From positions 7,751 to 71,750 of the forward strand of contig JACOWB010000007.1 of the NCBI GenBank assembly GCA_016177025.1: 64,000 nucleotides of DNA, written 5' to 3'. The translations under genes and the position numbers were made by a program. Below the pieces are notes generated by a model. It was not told the origin of the DNA and did not search any database. It saw nothing but the letters and a program-made list of their open reading frames with translations. The stretch's first letter is position 1. Every line of letters begins with the position of its first letter. The DNA is from Candidatus Aenigmatarchaeota archaeon (lineage in GTDB: Archaea > Aenigmatarchaeota > Aenigmatarchaeia > CG10238-14 > SCSR01). Below, one piece after another: positions 32,339-42,057 of this stretch.

Positions 32339-35026
32339 ATGAATGTAGAATTTCAACTCCTTGATTGCGATTACACAACAATTAACAACAAGGCGATAGT
32401 AAGATTCTTCGGTAAAACAAAGTCTGGCAAATCTGTCTGCGTCTTTTTCAAAGGCCAGCAACCGTATTTCTACATATCCACAAAAACTCCATTAAAAGTT
32501 GAAAAATTCGTCAAGGAAAAATTCAAGAATATTGTGGAGAGGATAGAAACTGTTTATCGCTATGATCCAATTGGATACAAGAAAGATAAAAGTCAACTGT
32601 CGAAGTTAATTCTTACAGATCCGTCCCAAGTACCGATAGTTAGAGACACTTTACAAAAGGAAAAGTTGACAGATGAAATATATGAAGCAGACATTTTGTT
32701 CAAATATCGGGTCATGGCAGACTTGGGAATTTCAGGCTTCAAATGGATTGAAGCTGAGGGGCAGTCTGTTAGAACAGGAACGGTTAAAGCAGATATTGTT
32801 CTGGAGGCGACAAATCTTAAAGAAAACGCCAGTCTTGAAAATTGCGACCTTAAGTACATGTCGATTGACATCGAAACAATCTCGGAAGAAGGAGTGCCAG
32901 ATCCTAAAAAAAACATCATTGGTATGATAAGCATATCATTTTTTCCGAAATTCGATTCTGAAGACTCGATTGTTCTGGTGAGCAAACTTTTCTCAAAAAA
33001 TAACAAGAGCGTAAAAGTCTTCCCCGATGAAAAGGCAATGTTGCAAGAGTTTCTAAAGATTCTGGAAAGTTATGACCCGGATGCAATCATAGGCTATAAT
33101 ATCAATAATTTCGATTTTCCTTATATTCTCACGCGATTACGAGAAAACAACCTATCCCTAATGCTTGGAAGATGTAATCAGAAACCCTCCTCTTCAAGAA
33201 AGATCGGATCATACAACAAAAGCTCGTTGACAGGCCGAATAATCGTAGATGCATACGAACTGGTGAAAGAGTCTATAAGAAAAGGCAATTTAAGGCTAAA
33301 ACGATTAGGTCTCGGTGATGTGTCTCGTGAACTCCTAAATGATACTAAGATCGATGTATCGCATAGCGAAATTTTCGGTCATTGGCACGGCGACGTAAAT
33401 CAAATAAGCAAGTTGGCAGAATATGCCCGTAAAGATTCTGAGTTGGCATTAAGATTAATCTTGGAAAGGGGATTTCTTGACAAATTTTTCGAGCTCAGTA
33501 AAGTATCAGGACTTTTGCTGCAGGATTGCCTAGACGGTGGGGAGGCACAGCGAGTAGAAAACCTTCTTCTCAGAGAATTTAATAAAAACGATTTTGTACT
33601 TCCATGTAAACCAGCCGAAACTTCTTCCACGGAAGTACAGGATCTGAAAGGTGCTTTGGTTCTTGAGCCAAAAACTGGATTGCACACGGGCAATATAGTT
33701 TACCTCGATTTCAAATCTATGTACCCGTCTATTTTCATTGCATATAACATTTGCCCAACGACTACGCTTACCGGTAAACAGTACAATGTCGAAACAATTA
33801 CAACACCATATAAAACAAGATTCGTCGCAAAAAATGTCAGAGAGGGCATAATGCCGCAAATATTAAAACGCTTAATAGACGAGCGTGATAAAGTGCGGGC
33901 CGAAGAAAGAGCGGCATCAGATAGGAACGTCCGACGCCTTTTAGGAGCCAAACAAGTGGCGCTTAAAATCATGACAAACGCGTTTTACGGATATACAGGA
34001 TATGTAAGAGCTCGGCTATACGTTCTTGAAATTGCCAATACCATCACTGGTTGCGGGAGATATCTCATAAACAAAACCAAGGAAATCATAGAAGACAAGC
34101 TTGGTCAGGATGTGGTTTACGGCGATACGGATTCTATAATGGTTAAAACAAGTGACAGTGCCATTGAAGATGCTTATAATACGGGAAAAAAACTTGAGAA
34201 TGTGATTAACAAAGAACTTGAAGGCATAGTGCAAATGAAGATTGAAAAGATTTTCAAATCGCTTTTGATTCTTTCCAAAAAGAGGTACGTAGGTCTAGCT
34301 TATGAGAAATTCAACGGGGATTGGAAAGAGGAAATGGTAATGAAAGGGATTGAAACTGTTAGGAGGGATTGGTGTGATGCGGCGACCAAAACACTATTTG
34401 AAGTGCTAAATATCCTTCTTAAGGAGCAGAATCCTAAAAGGGCTCTCAATTACATAAAAGATTTTCTCCAAAAATTAGAGCGAAATGAAATTCCAATTGA
34501 AGATCTGGTTATCACGAAAAGTATTTCCAAATCCATTGCGGCTTATAAGGGAATACAACCGCATGTCGAATTGGTGAAAAAAATGAGAAAAAGAAACGGT
34601 AGTGCGCCAGGAGTTGGTGATAGAGTGAGCTTCGTGATAGTTAAAGGCATGCAACTTCTTTCCGAAAGAGCAGAAGACCCTGATTACGTAAAAAACAACA
34701 AAATACCCATCGATTCCAAATATTACGTAGAAAACCAAATACTACCTCCGTTGGAGAGGGTATTCGAGGTTATAGGTATAAGCAAGATAGAACTTCTTGG
34801 TATAGGTAGGCAAACCTTGCTGAAGGAAATCTTCGGAAATAGCAGAGTTTCTAGCAATGGCAACTCACTTGAGGCATCACTAGACAACTTTGATGGCTTC
34901 GCATGCGTAAAATGCGATAAATCGTATAGGAGAATCCCATTGATAGGCAAATGTTTTGACTGTAGTGGCGAAATAGTTTTCGTTTCTAGTAACCAAAAAT
35001 CAAGACACGTCGAGTCGCCCGTGTGA
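32339..35026 (+). CDS. polB: family B DNA polymerase with an extra C-terminal zinc ribbon
   Basis: 895 aa. Exo I is SIDIET, Exo II is IIGYNINNFDFPYI and Exo III is YARKDSELA. Pol motif A is DFKSMYPSI, motif B is KIMTNAFYGYTG and motif C is YGDTDS. The C-terminal CVKC-x13-CFDC lies at 34904-34963. No intein. Confidence 0.95.
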   Translation: MNVEFQLLDCDYTTINNKAIVRFFGKTKSGKSVCVFFKGQQPYFYISTKTPLKVEKFVKEKFKNIVERIETVYRYDPIGYKKDKSQLSKLILTDPSQVPIVRDTLQKEKLTDEIYEADILFKYRVMADLGISGFKWIEAEGQSVRTGTVKADIVLEATNLKENASLENCDLKYMSIDIETISEEGVPDPKKNIIGMISISFFPKFDSEDSIVLVSKLFSKNNKSVKVFPDEKAMLQEFLKILESYDPDAIIGYNINNFDFPYILTRLRENNLSLMLGRCNQKPSSSRKIGSYNKSSLTGRIIVDAYELVKESIRKGNLRLKRLGLGDVSRELLNDTKIDVSHSEIFGHWHGDVNQISKLAEYARKDSELALRLILERGFLDKFFELSKVSGLLLQDCLDGGEAQRVENLLLREFNKNDFVLPCKPAETSSTEVQDLKGALVLEPKTGLHTGNIVYLDFKSMYPSIFIAYNICPTTTLTGKQYNVETITTPYKTRFVAKNVREGIMPQILKRLIDERDKVRAEERAASDRNVRRLLGAKQVALKIMTNAFYGYTGYVRARLYVLEIANTITGCGRYLINKTKEIIEDKLGQDVVYGDTDSIMVKTSDSAIEDAYNTGKKLENVINKELEGIVQMKIEKIFKSLLILSKKRYVGLAYEKFNGDWKEEMVMKGIETVRRDWCDAATKTLFEVLNILLKEQNPKRALNYIKDFLQKLERNEIPIEDLVITKSISKSIAAYKGIQPHVELVKKMRKRNGSAPGVGDRVSFVIVKGMQLLSERAEDPDYVKNNKIPIDSKYYVENQILPPLERVFEVIGISKIELLGIGRQTLLKEIFGNSRVSSNGNSLEASLDNFDGFACVKCDKSYRRIPLIGKCFDCSGEIVFVSSNQKSRHVESPV

Positions 35027-35039
35027 CATCATATTTCAA

Positions 35040-35486
35040 TCATTGTTTTTCATCGAGAAACTTTACAATGCGATCAGATATACTGCATTCAGGAGAATCG
35101 TATCTTTTAAATTTGTATACCTTGGCTTTTTTGATATATTTCTCCAAGTCTACAACTTTCCTACAGTTGAGAAGAAATCCCCCCTTACTTAGTTCATTCA
35201 CAAGGTCGGGATTATGTATATTTTCCATGTTTTCTAAACAGATTAGTTTTTTATGGTGTTTCAATACTTCGAATATAGTGCCCGCTCCGTAATGGGATAT
35301 AACAATATCGGCCCCTTTATAATAGGAAAAAAGTGGCGTATGAAATCTAAACCACTTGCAGTTTTTAGGCAAGTAATTACCGTTTCCTATCTGAGCTATA
35401 ACAGGCTCTTTTAGTCCCGGTGCTATTCTATCCATTTCTTTTATTAAATCTTCAAAGGCTGGTGATCCAGCAGTTACAAATATCAC
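35040..35486 (-). CDS. Alg13-like glycosyltransferase subunit (GT28 C-terminal domain)
   Basis: 148 aa. IFVTAGSPAFEDLI...ADIVISHYGAGTIFEVL. Overlaps the Alg14-like gene by 4 nt. Confidence 0.8.
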   Translation of the reverse strand: MIFVTAGSPAFEDLIKEMDRIAPGLKEPVIAQIGNGNYLPKNCKWFRFHTPLFSYYKGADIVISHYGAGTIFEVLKHHKKLICLENMENIHNPDLVNELSKGGFLLNCRKVVDLEKYIKKAKVYKFKRYDSPECSISDRIVKFLDEKQ

Positions 35487-35959
35487 ATCAATCTACCTGC
35501 ATATACGGCTTTCGGATAAAATTTCTTTAGGGATTTCCATTGCACGAAAAACAAATCAGAAACTTTATACGCCAGCTTACCGGAAAGTGAAGGAACTTTA
35601 ACTCTCGACCAGCTTTCCAGAAAGATAATTTTCTTACCAAAGAGTTTGCCTAAATAGCAGAATGGTATAGGTACGTTTGCACCAGCGCTGACAATAGCAT
35701 CGGGGTTCTCTTTCAATAATATTATTAATGCTTGGAACAGTAAAACTAGCAAAAGAGGATATTTGAACAGTCCCTTAAATCTCCTAAACGGGTCGATGAC
35801 AAGTTTGACTTTATAGTCTTTTAAAATGTTTCCAATTGAAGGCGAATTGTAGGTTACAAACGTAATATCAAAGTTCCCCTTCAAATTTTCAGCAAGCAAT
35901 AAAACCTGCTTTAAATGACCACCAGGTGTAGTCGGCATTAGGATTTTCATATTCATCAT
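35483..35959 (-). CDS. Alg14-like glycosyltransferase membrane-anchor subunit
   Basis: 158 aa. TPGGHLKQ, and FLESWSRVKVPSLSGKLAYKVSDLFFVQW is the Alg14 signature. Confidence 0.8.
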   Translation of the reverse strand: MMNMKILMPTTPGGHLKQVLLLAENLKGNFDITFVTYNSPSIGNILKDYKVKLVIDPFRRFKGLFKYPLLLVLLFQALIILLKENPDAIVSAGANVPIPFCYLGKLFGKKIIFLESWSRVKVPSLSGKLAYKVSDLFFVQWKSLKKFYPKAVYAGRLM

Positions 35960-36038
35960 ATGCGTTCTTTACAGCAACTGATAACTTACTCGATTTAAAG
36001 TTTAAATAAGTTATTAAGTAAGCTTTAATACGAATAGC

Positions 36039-36980
36039 ATGAAAAAAGTTGGAGTGATTGGAGTCGGCAGGTGGGGAATTAATCACGTAAGAACTTATAA
36101 AGAATTATATCCAGAACATGCAGAATTAGTCGGAATTTCTGATGTAGATAGCGGGAAAAAAAATATAGCAGACCAGCACAATGTCAAATTTTTCAATGAT
36201 TATAAAGAATTAACAAAAAATGTAGATTTTGTGAGTATAGTGGTCCCGACAGACATGCATTACAAGGTTGTCAAAGACTGTTTATTGGATGGTACCAATG
36301 TTTTAGTGGAAAAACCTTTCGTTTCAGATCCTAGGGAAGCAGAAGAGCTAATTCAATTAGCTAAAGACAAGAATTTGGTTCTCTATGTCGGATATCTGTT
36401 CAGGTTCAATCCGGTTACAATAGAACTCAAAAAAATCCTGCCCGAATTGGGAGAATTGAGGGCAATAAGCGGCAGGTATATTCAGCCAAACCAACCACGC
36501 CATGACTCTGGTGTTGTATTGAATTTATCCGTGCATCTAATAGACATTTTAAATTTCATTTTACCAAAGAAACCTTCTACGGTTTTATGTAAAAAAACAA
36601 ATGTGTTCAGCACTAGCTTAGAAGATGCAGCAACTATTACACTTGGATACGGCAATTTTCATGCTACATTAGAATTAAGCTGTTTACATCCTGAGAAAAA
36701 AAGGGACATGTTTATTCTGGGCACAAATGGGGCAGTTTACGCAGACTTTAAAGAGCAGACTCTAATAAAATACAAAAAGCCCGATAACCTTGAAGACGAA
36801 TGGTCAGCTGAAACAGTAAAACTAGATAAGAAAGAGCCTCTAAAAGAGGAAATTATAAATTTTCTAACTTCAACTGAAAACGAGGAAATTCGGAAACTTG
36901 GTGAAGAAGAAATCTATACAACACGTATATGTCAGCGTGCTTTAGAATCCGCAAACTTAGGGAGGGAGCTGGAAATATGA
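36039..36980 (+). CDS. Gfo/Idh/MocA-family NAD-dependent sugar oxidoreductase (WbpB/WlbA-like)
   Basis: 313 aa. KVGVIGVGRWGINH Rossmann motif and an EKP motif. It sits upstream of acetyltransferase and aminotransferase genes. Confidence 0.75.
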   Translation: MKKVGVIGVGRWGINHVRTYKELYPEHAELVGISDVDSGKKNIADQHNVKFFNDYKELTKNVDFVSIVVPTDMHYKVVKDCLLDGTNVLVEKPFVSDPREAEELIQLAKDKNLVLYVGYLFRFNPVTIELKKILPELGELRAISGRYIQPNQPRHDSGVVLNLSVHLIDILNFILPKKPSTVLCKKTNVFSTSLEDAATITLGYGNFHATLELSCLHPEKKRDMFILGTNGAVYADFKEQTLIKYKKPDNLEDEWSAETVKLDKKEPLKEEIINFLTSTENEEIRKLGEEEIYTTRICQRALESANLGRELEI

Positions 36981-37612
36981 ATTCGATAATATACGATAAT
37001 GTCAAACTCGGGAAGAATGTGAGTATTGAAGATTTCACAATAATCGGGAAACCGCCGATAGATAAGAAAGACGGCGAGCTCGAAACTACGATAGGGGACG
37101 ATTCCATAATACGTTCGTTTAGCGTGATTTATGCTGGAAATAAAATTGGTGCACGATTCAAAACCGGTCATAAAGTAGTCATACGAGAAAACAACGAAAT
37201 AGGGAATGACGTTAGCGTAGGGATAAACAGCGAGATTGCCTTCAATGTTAAAATAGGGAATAATGTTAAGATACATTCAAGTGTGCACGTATTTGAAAAT
37301 ACAATTATCGAAGATGACTGTAGAATAAACCCCGGAGTATATTTCTTAAACTCAAAATACCCCTATTCACCCGGTGAAAAAGGAAGGTTGAAAGGGTCCA
37401 CGATCAAAAAAGGCGCGATAATAGCGGCAAGATCGATTATAATGCCCGGTGTTACCGTTGGAAATTATTCATTGGTCGGTGCCGGATCTTTGGTCACTAA
37501 AGATGTTCCACCATTCAAAGTAGTTATCGGCAGGCCGGCGAGAGTTATTAAGGATATACGCGAAATAAAATCTCAGGATGGAAAAGCAGTATATAATGTC
37601 CCCGGAGATTGA
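36977..37612 (+). CDS. left-handed beta-helix sugar N-acetyltransferase (WbpD/WlbB-like)
   Basis: ATGA overlap with the upstream gene. Hexapeptide repeats run throughout. Confidence 0.75.
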   Translation: MNSIIYDNVKLGKNVSIEDFTIIGKPPIDKKDGELETTIGDDSIIRSFSVIYAGNKIGARFKTGHKVVIRENNEIGNDVSVGINSEIAFNVKIGNNVKIHSSVHVFENTIIEDDCRINPGVYFLNSKYPYSPGEKGRLKGSTIKKGAIIAARSIIMPGVTVGNYSLVGAGSLVTKDVPPFKVVIGRPARVIKDIREIKSQDGKAVYNVPGD

Positions 37613-37613
37613 A

Positions 37614-38726
37614 ATGAAAGTACCATTAGTTGATTTGAAAGTGCAATATTCCTTATTAAAAGACGAAATAGACGGTGCCATACAAAGAGTTATCGATAAT
37701 ACAGAGTTCATAAAAGGAAACGACTTGAAAGAATTCGAAGAAGAATTCGCAAAATTTTGCGGCAAGAAATTTGCCATTGGATGCAGTTCTGGTACAACAG
37801 CGCTAGAATTGGCGTTTCGTGTTTCCGGGATAAGCCCCGGTGACGAGATAATCACTGTAGCAAATACGTTTACTGCGACAGCATCGACCATTGTTAATGT
37901 CGGCGCATCGCCAAAATTCATAGATGTCGATGAAGATACTTTCAATATGAGCATCGGTGATATCGAGAAAAACATCTCCCAGAAAACTAAAGCGATTGTG
38001 CCTGTTCATCTTTACGGACAACCTTCTGATATGGCTCCAATAATGGAAATCGCCGAAAAACACAACCTCACTGTCATAGAAGACTGCGCACAGGCTCATG
38101 GTGCAGAGTATGAGGGTAAGAGAATACCGGTGAGTAATATAGGATGTTTCAGTTTTTACCCATCCAAAAATTTGGGTGCCTTCGGTGATGCAGGATGTGT
38201 GGTAACTGACGATGAAATGAAAGCCTCTATGGCATCGATGCTTCTAGATGCTGGAAGGGTCAGAGGTAAAAAGTACGAACATGACCTAGTTGGATTTAAT
38301 TACAGAATGGACAACATACAGGCCGCTATTCTTAATGTAAAATTAAAATATCTTCAGGAATTCAACACAAAACGAAGAAAAAACGCAAAACTCTACAATG
38401 ATTTATTAAGCGAATTAAAAGGCAAAATTAATTTGCCGTTTGAAGCTGATTACTCGAAACACGTTTATTATGTTTATACAATAAAAGCAAACGATAGGGA
38501 TAAATTAGCTTTGTTTCTTGGGCAAAATGGAATAACAACCCAAATATACTACCCGATACCACTGCATCTCCAGAAAGCATATAGACAGCTTGGATATAAG
38601 GAAGGAGATTTTCCTGTTACGGAAAAACTCTCTAAAGAGGTTCTGAGTTTGCCGATGTACCCAGAGTTGACAGAAGAACAAATTAGGTTTGTAGTCGAAA
38701 AAATAAAATCATTTTTCTCGTCATAA
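37614..38726 (+). CDS. DegT/DnrJ/EryC1-family PLP-dependent sugar aminotransferase (WbpE/WlbC-like)
   Basis: VPLVDLKVQY start, GDEIITVANTF, DCAQAHGA and SFYPSKNLGAFGDAG (PLP lysine). Confidence 0.88.
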   Translation: MKVPLVDLKVQYSLLKDEIDGAIQRVIDNTEFIKGNDLKEFEEEFAKFCGKKFAIGCSSGTTALELAFRVSGISPGDEIITVANTFTATASTIVNVGASPKFIDVDEDTFNMSIGDIEKNISQKTKAIVPVHLYGQPSDMAPIMEIAEKHNLTVIEDCAQAHGAEYEGKRIPVSNIGCFSFYPSKNLGAFGDAGCVVTDDEMKASMASMLLDAGRVRGKKYEHDLVGFNYRMDNIQAAILNVKLKYLQEFNTKRRKNAKLYNDLLSELKGKINLPFEADYSKHVYYVYTIKANDRDKLALFLGQNGITTQIYYPIPLHLQKAYRQLGYKEGDFPVTEKLSKEVLSLPMYPELTEEQIRFVVEKIKSFFSS

Positions 38727-38780
38727 TCGTTTTGTATATCTGCTTTTTAAATCTAGAGGGTATCAATAATTAGTGGTATT

Positions 38781-39686
38781 TTGTTTTCGATAAGTATAAT
38801 AGGTTCTGGTTATGTAGGTTCTTCGTTAGGCAAAGGTCTTCAAAAAGCAGGAAATAATGTCATTTTTCACGACATAAATAAAGACACCATTAAAAGGATA
38901 GTCGACGAAGGACATAACGCCACTTTGGATATTGGAAAAGCAATTAAAGAAACCGACATATCATTCTTGTGTGTGCCGACACCAACTAAAAACGGTAAAA
39001 TTGACCTCAGCTATATCCAATCGGCTACAGAATCCATAGGCAAAGAACTTGGAAACAAAACAACGTATCATCTTGTCGTCGTAAAGAGCACAGTCGTACC
39101 AACAACCACTGAAAAATTCATAAAATCGATTCTTGAGAAAACTTCTGGAAAAATATGCGGGCAGGATTTTGGACTATGCGTCAACCCAGAATTTCTGACG
39201 CAAGTAAACAAAACTACGGAAGACCCGGAACTGAAAGCATGGTACGACGCTAATCCAGGGGCAATAAAAACCTTCGAAGAAAAGGCTGTTATAGGCGAAT
39301 ATGATAAAAAATCCGGCGATATTTTAGAAGAGATATTCAAGCAATTAGACATCATGATTTTCAGAACAGATTTGAAGACTGCCGAACTGATAAAATATGC
39401 GCATAATCTCAACTTGGCCAATAGGATATCATATTGGAATGAAATATTTCTAATTTGTAATGAATTTGGAATAGATTCTAAGAAAGTCGCTGAAATAGTC
39501 AGTACAGACACAAGGATTGGGAAATACGGCACAGTCCATGGGAAAGCTTTTGGAGGAACCTGCCTTCCAAAGGACCTCGCCGCTTTCCTCAATTTCATCG
39601 AGGAACACAATATAGACACTAAAGTTCTGAAAGCTGTCCACGAAATTAACGAGCATATGTCCAAAAAACATGGTGTCAGGGAATAG
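38781..39686 (+). CDS. UDP-glucose/GDP-mannose dehydrogenase-family protein, short form lacking the C-terminal UDP-binding domain
   Basis: 301 aa. IIGSGYVGSSLG NAD motif, NPEFLTQ and the catalytic-Cys motif GGTCLPKD. The ORF stops about 30 aa after that motif. Confidence 0.7.
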   Translation: MFSISIIGSGYVGSSLGKGLQKAGNNVIFHDINKDTIKRIVDEGHNATLDIGKAIKETDISFLCVPTPTKNGKIDLSYIQSATESIGKELGNKTTYHLVVVKSTVVPTTTEKFIKSILEKTSGKICGQDFGLCVNPEFLTQVNKTTEDPELKAWYDANPGAIKTFEEKAVIGEYDKKSGDILEEIFKQLDIMIFRTDLKTAELIKYAHNLNLANRISYWNEIFLICNEFGIDSKKVAEIVSTDTRIGKYGTVHGKAFGGTCLPKDLAAFLNFIEEHNIDTKVLKAVHEINEHMSKKHGVRE

Positions 39687-39751
39687 AAGAGAAATATTCG
39701 TCAGCTTTAATAATTTAACGCTTAATATGTTTTGTTGAACAGGCGGTTAAT

Positions 39752-40846
39752 ATGAAAGGACTCGTTTTATCAGGCGGTAAAGGCACTAGACTCAGACCGA
39801 TAACGCACACGATCAATAAACACTTGATACCATTGGCAAACAAGCCCATGATACACTATCCTATAGAGACTTTGAGAAACGCTGGCATAACTGATATAGG
39901 AATCATAGTCGGCCATACTGAAGAGAAGATAAAGGAGATTAAAAATGCTATAGGAGACGGTTCCCAATTCGGGGTGAAGGTGACTTATATAGAGCAGGAT
40001 GTCCCAGGAGGACTGGCGCACGCTGTAAAGGTTGCTAAAGAGTTTTTAATGACAGACAACCCAGACAAGAAATTTATTTTGCACTTGGGCGATAACATTG
40101 TCAAAGGCGGCATTAAGAAATATGTTGAAAGTTTTGAAAACGGCGATATGGATTCCATAATTCTACTAAAAGACGTTCCCAATCCTTCAAGATTCGGAGT
40201 AGCTGAAATAAAAGACGGGAAAATTGTCAGACTTGTGGAAAAACCAACAGTGGCACCAAATAACTTTGCTTTGGTCGGGATATACATGTTTAACGACTCG
40301 ATTTTTGATCCTATAGAAAATCTGAAACCTTCATGGAGAAATGAATTGGAAATAACCGACGCTATACAGGGACTGATAGACAGTGGAAAGAAGGTTGTTC
40401 ATCATATAATTGATGTCGAATGGTGGAAAGATCCTGGCGACACCGAAGGCATATTGGAGGCCAACAGTCTTTTGCTTGATGATATTATCCCCTTCAATAA
40501 GGGTACCGTAGAGGAGGGTGCCGTCATAATAGGTAAAGTCGGCATTGATGAGGGAACAATTATAAAAAGCGGAAGTTCGGTTAAAGGACCTGCGCTAATC
40601 GGTAAGAATTGCGTAATAGGCAAAAATGCATATATCGGGCCGCATACGTCAATAGGAAACAATACAGTAATAGAAAATGCTGAAATCGAGTCTAGCGTAA
40701 TTATAGGCGATTCAAAAATTAGCTGTAAACAGCGGATTATAGACAGTTTGATAGGGCGTAATGTAACCATATCAGAAGCATCTGAAAACTTACCGAGAGG
40801 TGCCTCCCAGCTTGTTGTCGGAGAACATTCCGTTGTCAAAATTTAG
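39752..40846 (+). CDS. sugar-1-phosphate nucleotidylyltransferase with a C-terminal beta-helix (RmlA/GlmU/ST0452-like)
   Basis: 364 aa. KGLVLSGGKGTRLRPITHTINKHLIPLANKPMI, then hexapeptide repeats. Confidence 0.88.
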   Translation: MKGLVLSGGKGTRLRPITHTINKHLIPLANKPMIHYPIETLRNAGITDIGIIVGHTEEKIKEIKNAIGDGSQFGVKVTYIEQDVPGGLAHAVKVAKEFLMTDNPDKKFILHLGDNIVKGGIKKYVESFENGDMDSIILLKDVPNPSRFGVAEIKDGKIVRLVEKPTVAPNNFALVGIYMFNDSIFDPIENLKPSWRNELEITDAIQGLIDSGKKVVHHIIDVEWWKDPGDTEGILEANSLLLDDIIPFNKGTVEEGAVIIGKVGIDEGTIIKSGSSVKGPALIGKNCVIGKNAYIGPHTSIGNNTVIENAEIESSVIIGDSKISCKQRIIDSLIGRNVTISEASENLPRGASQLVVGEHSVVKI

Positions 40847-40887
40847 GCTATAGTCAAAGCTTTAAAATTTACTGTCAATGTTAAACT

Positions 40888-42057
40888 ATGGGAAAAATTA
40901 AAATCATGCATATAGCAAAGGGATTCCCGCCTGATATGGGAGGAATAGAAAGTTACACTTACGAATTAGCCAATGCCTTCAAAAACAAATATGATGTCCA
41001 CGTTTTAACCACCCACTCAAAACTTTCATCATCGAATGAAATCGACGGAATAAAAGTGACTCGAGTTAAAAAGATTTTTGATTTCTTACACGCTCCCATT
41101 AATCTGCCATTTTTTAATAAAATCAATCAAATAAACCCAGAAATAATACATTTTCATATACCAAACCCTTTAAGCGAATTGTATCTCTTATTTTACCTCA
41201 TGTTTAAAAAAAATCAAAAAGTTATCGCGACTTATCATGCAGACATACCTGATTACACGCCTTTACACAAGGCCATCATCTTTTTAAGACAATTCTATAT
41301 GCATTTTCTCATGAAATTTTTTGATGCCGTAATTGTTACCAGTGATGACTACATTTCTGAATCTAAAATTCTAGAAAAATTCAATGAAAGACTTAAAGTT
41401 ATACCAATTGGAGTCGATACGGATCTTAAGACATTCTCGGTAAATAAATTAAAAAAACAGTATAAAATTAAAAATGAAAAAATTGTTCTTTTTGTAGGGC
41501 GGTTATTCCCCTATAAAGGTATAGAATATCTGATTTCTGCGATCCCCATGATAATCAAGCATTACCCAGATGTAAGGTTTGCTATAGTCGGGGGTGGAGA
41601 AAAGGAAGCAGAGTTGAAAAAGCTGGCTGAGAATCTGAAAATAGACGACAAGGTTATCTTTACAGGCAAAGTCGATAACAAAACGAGAAACACATTTTAT
41701 AAGATCTGTGACGTATTCGTTTTACCCAGCATCAATCGTGGCGAGGCATTTGGCATATCTTTATTGGAGGCAATGAGCTTCGGCAAACCTCTGATAACGA
41801 CTAGAATAAAAGGCAGTGGAGTGAATTTTATAAATAAACATCCGACCACAGGCCTGGTAGTAGAGCCAGCTGACTCAAACCAACTAGCACTCGCAATAAC
41901 CAGATTGTTGACAAATGATGAACTTAGGGAAAGAATGGGCAGAAATTCCAAGAAAAGGTTCTTAAAGTTCTTTACAAAAGACATAATGCTTTCAACAACT
42001 GAAAAATTATATAAAACTGTATTAAACAAAGGTGTCTTAAATGAAAAAAATACTTAA
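40888..42057 (+). CDS. GT-B glycosyltransferase (family 4 type)
   Basis: 389 aa. GGIESY N-terminus, and an EAFGISLLEAMSFGKPLITT E-x7-E region. Confidence 0.85.
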   Translation: MGKIKIMHIAKGFPPDMGGIESYTYELANAFKNKYDVHVLTTHSKLSSSNEIDGIKVTRVKKIFDFLHAPINLPFFNKINQINPEIIHFHIPNPLSELYLLFYLMFKKNQKVIATYHADIPDYTPLHKAIIFLRQFYMHFLMKFFDAVIVTSDDYISESKILEKFNERLKVIPIGVDTDLKTFSVNKLKKQYKIKNEKIVLFVGRLFPYKGIEYLISAIPMIIKHYPDVRFAIVGGGEKEAELKKLAENLKIDDKVIFTGKVDNKTRNTFYKICDVFVLPSINRGEAFGISLLEAMSFGKPLITTRIKGSGVNFINKHPTTGLVVEPADSNQLALAITRLLTNDELRERMGRNSKKRFLKFFTKDIMLSTTEKLYKTVLNKGVLNEKNT

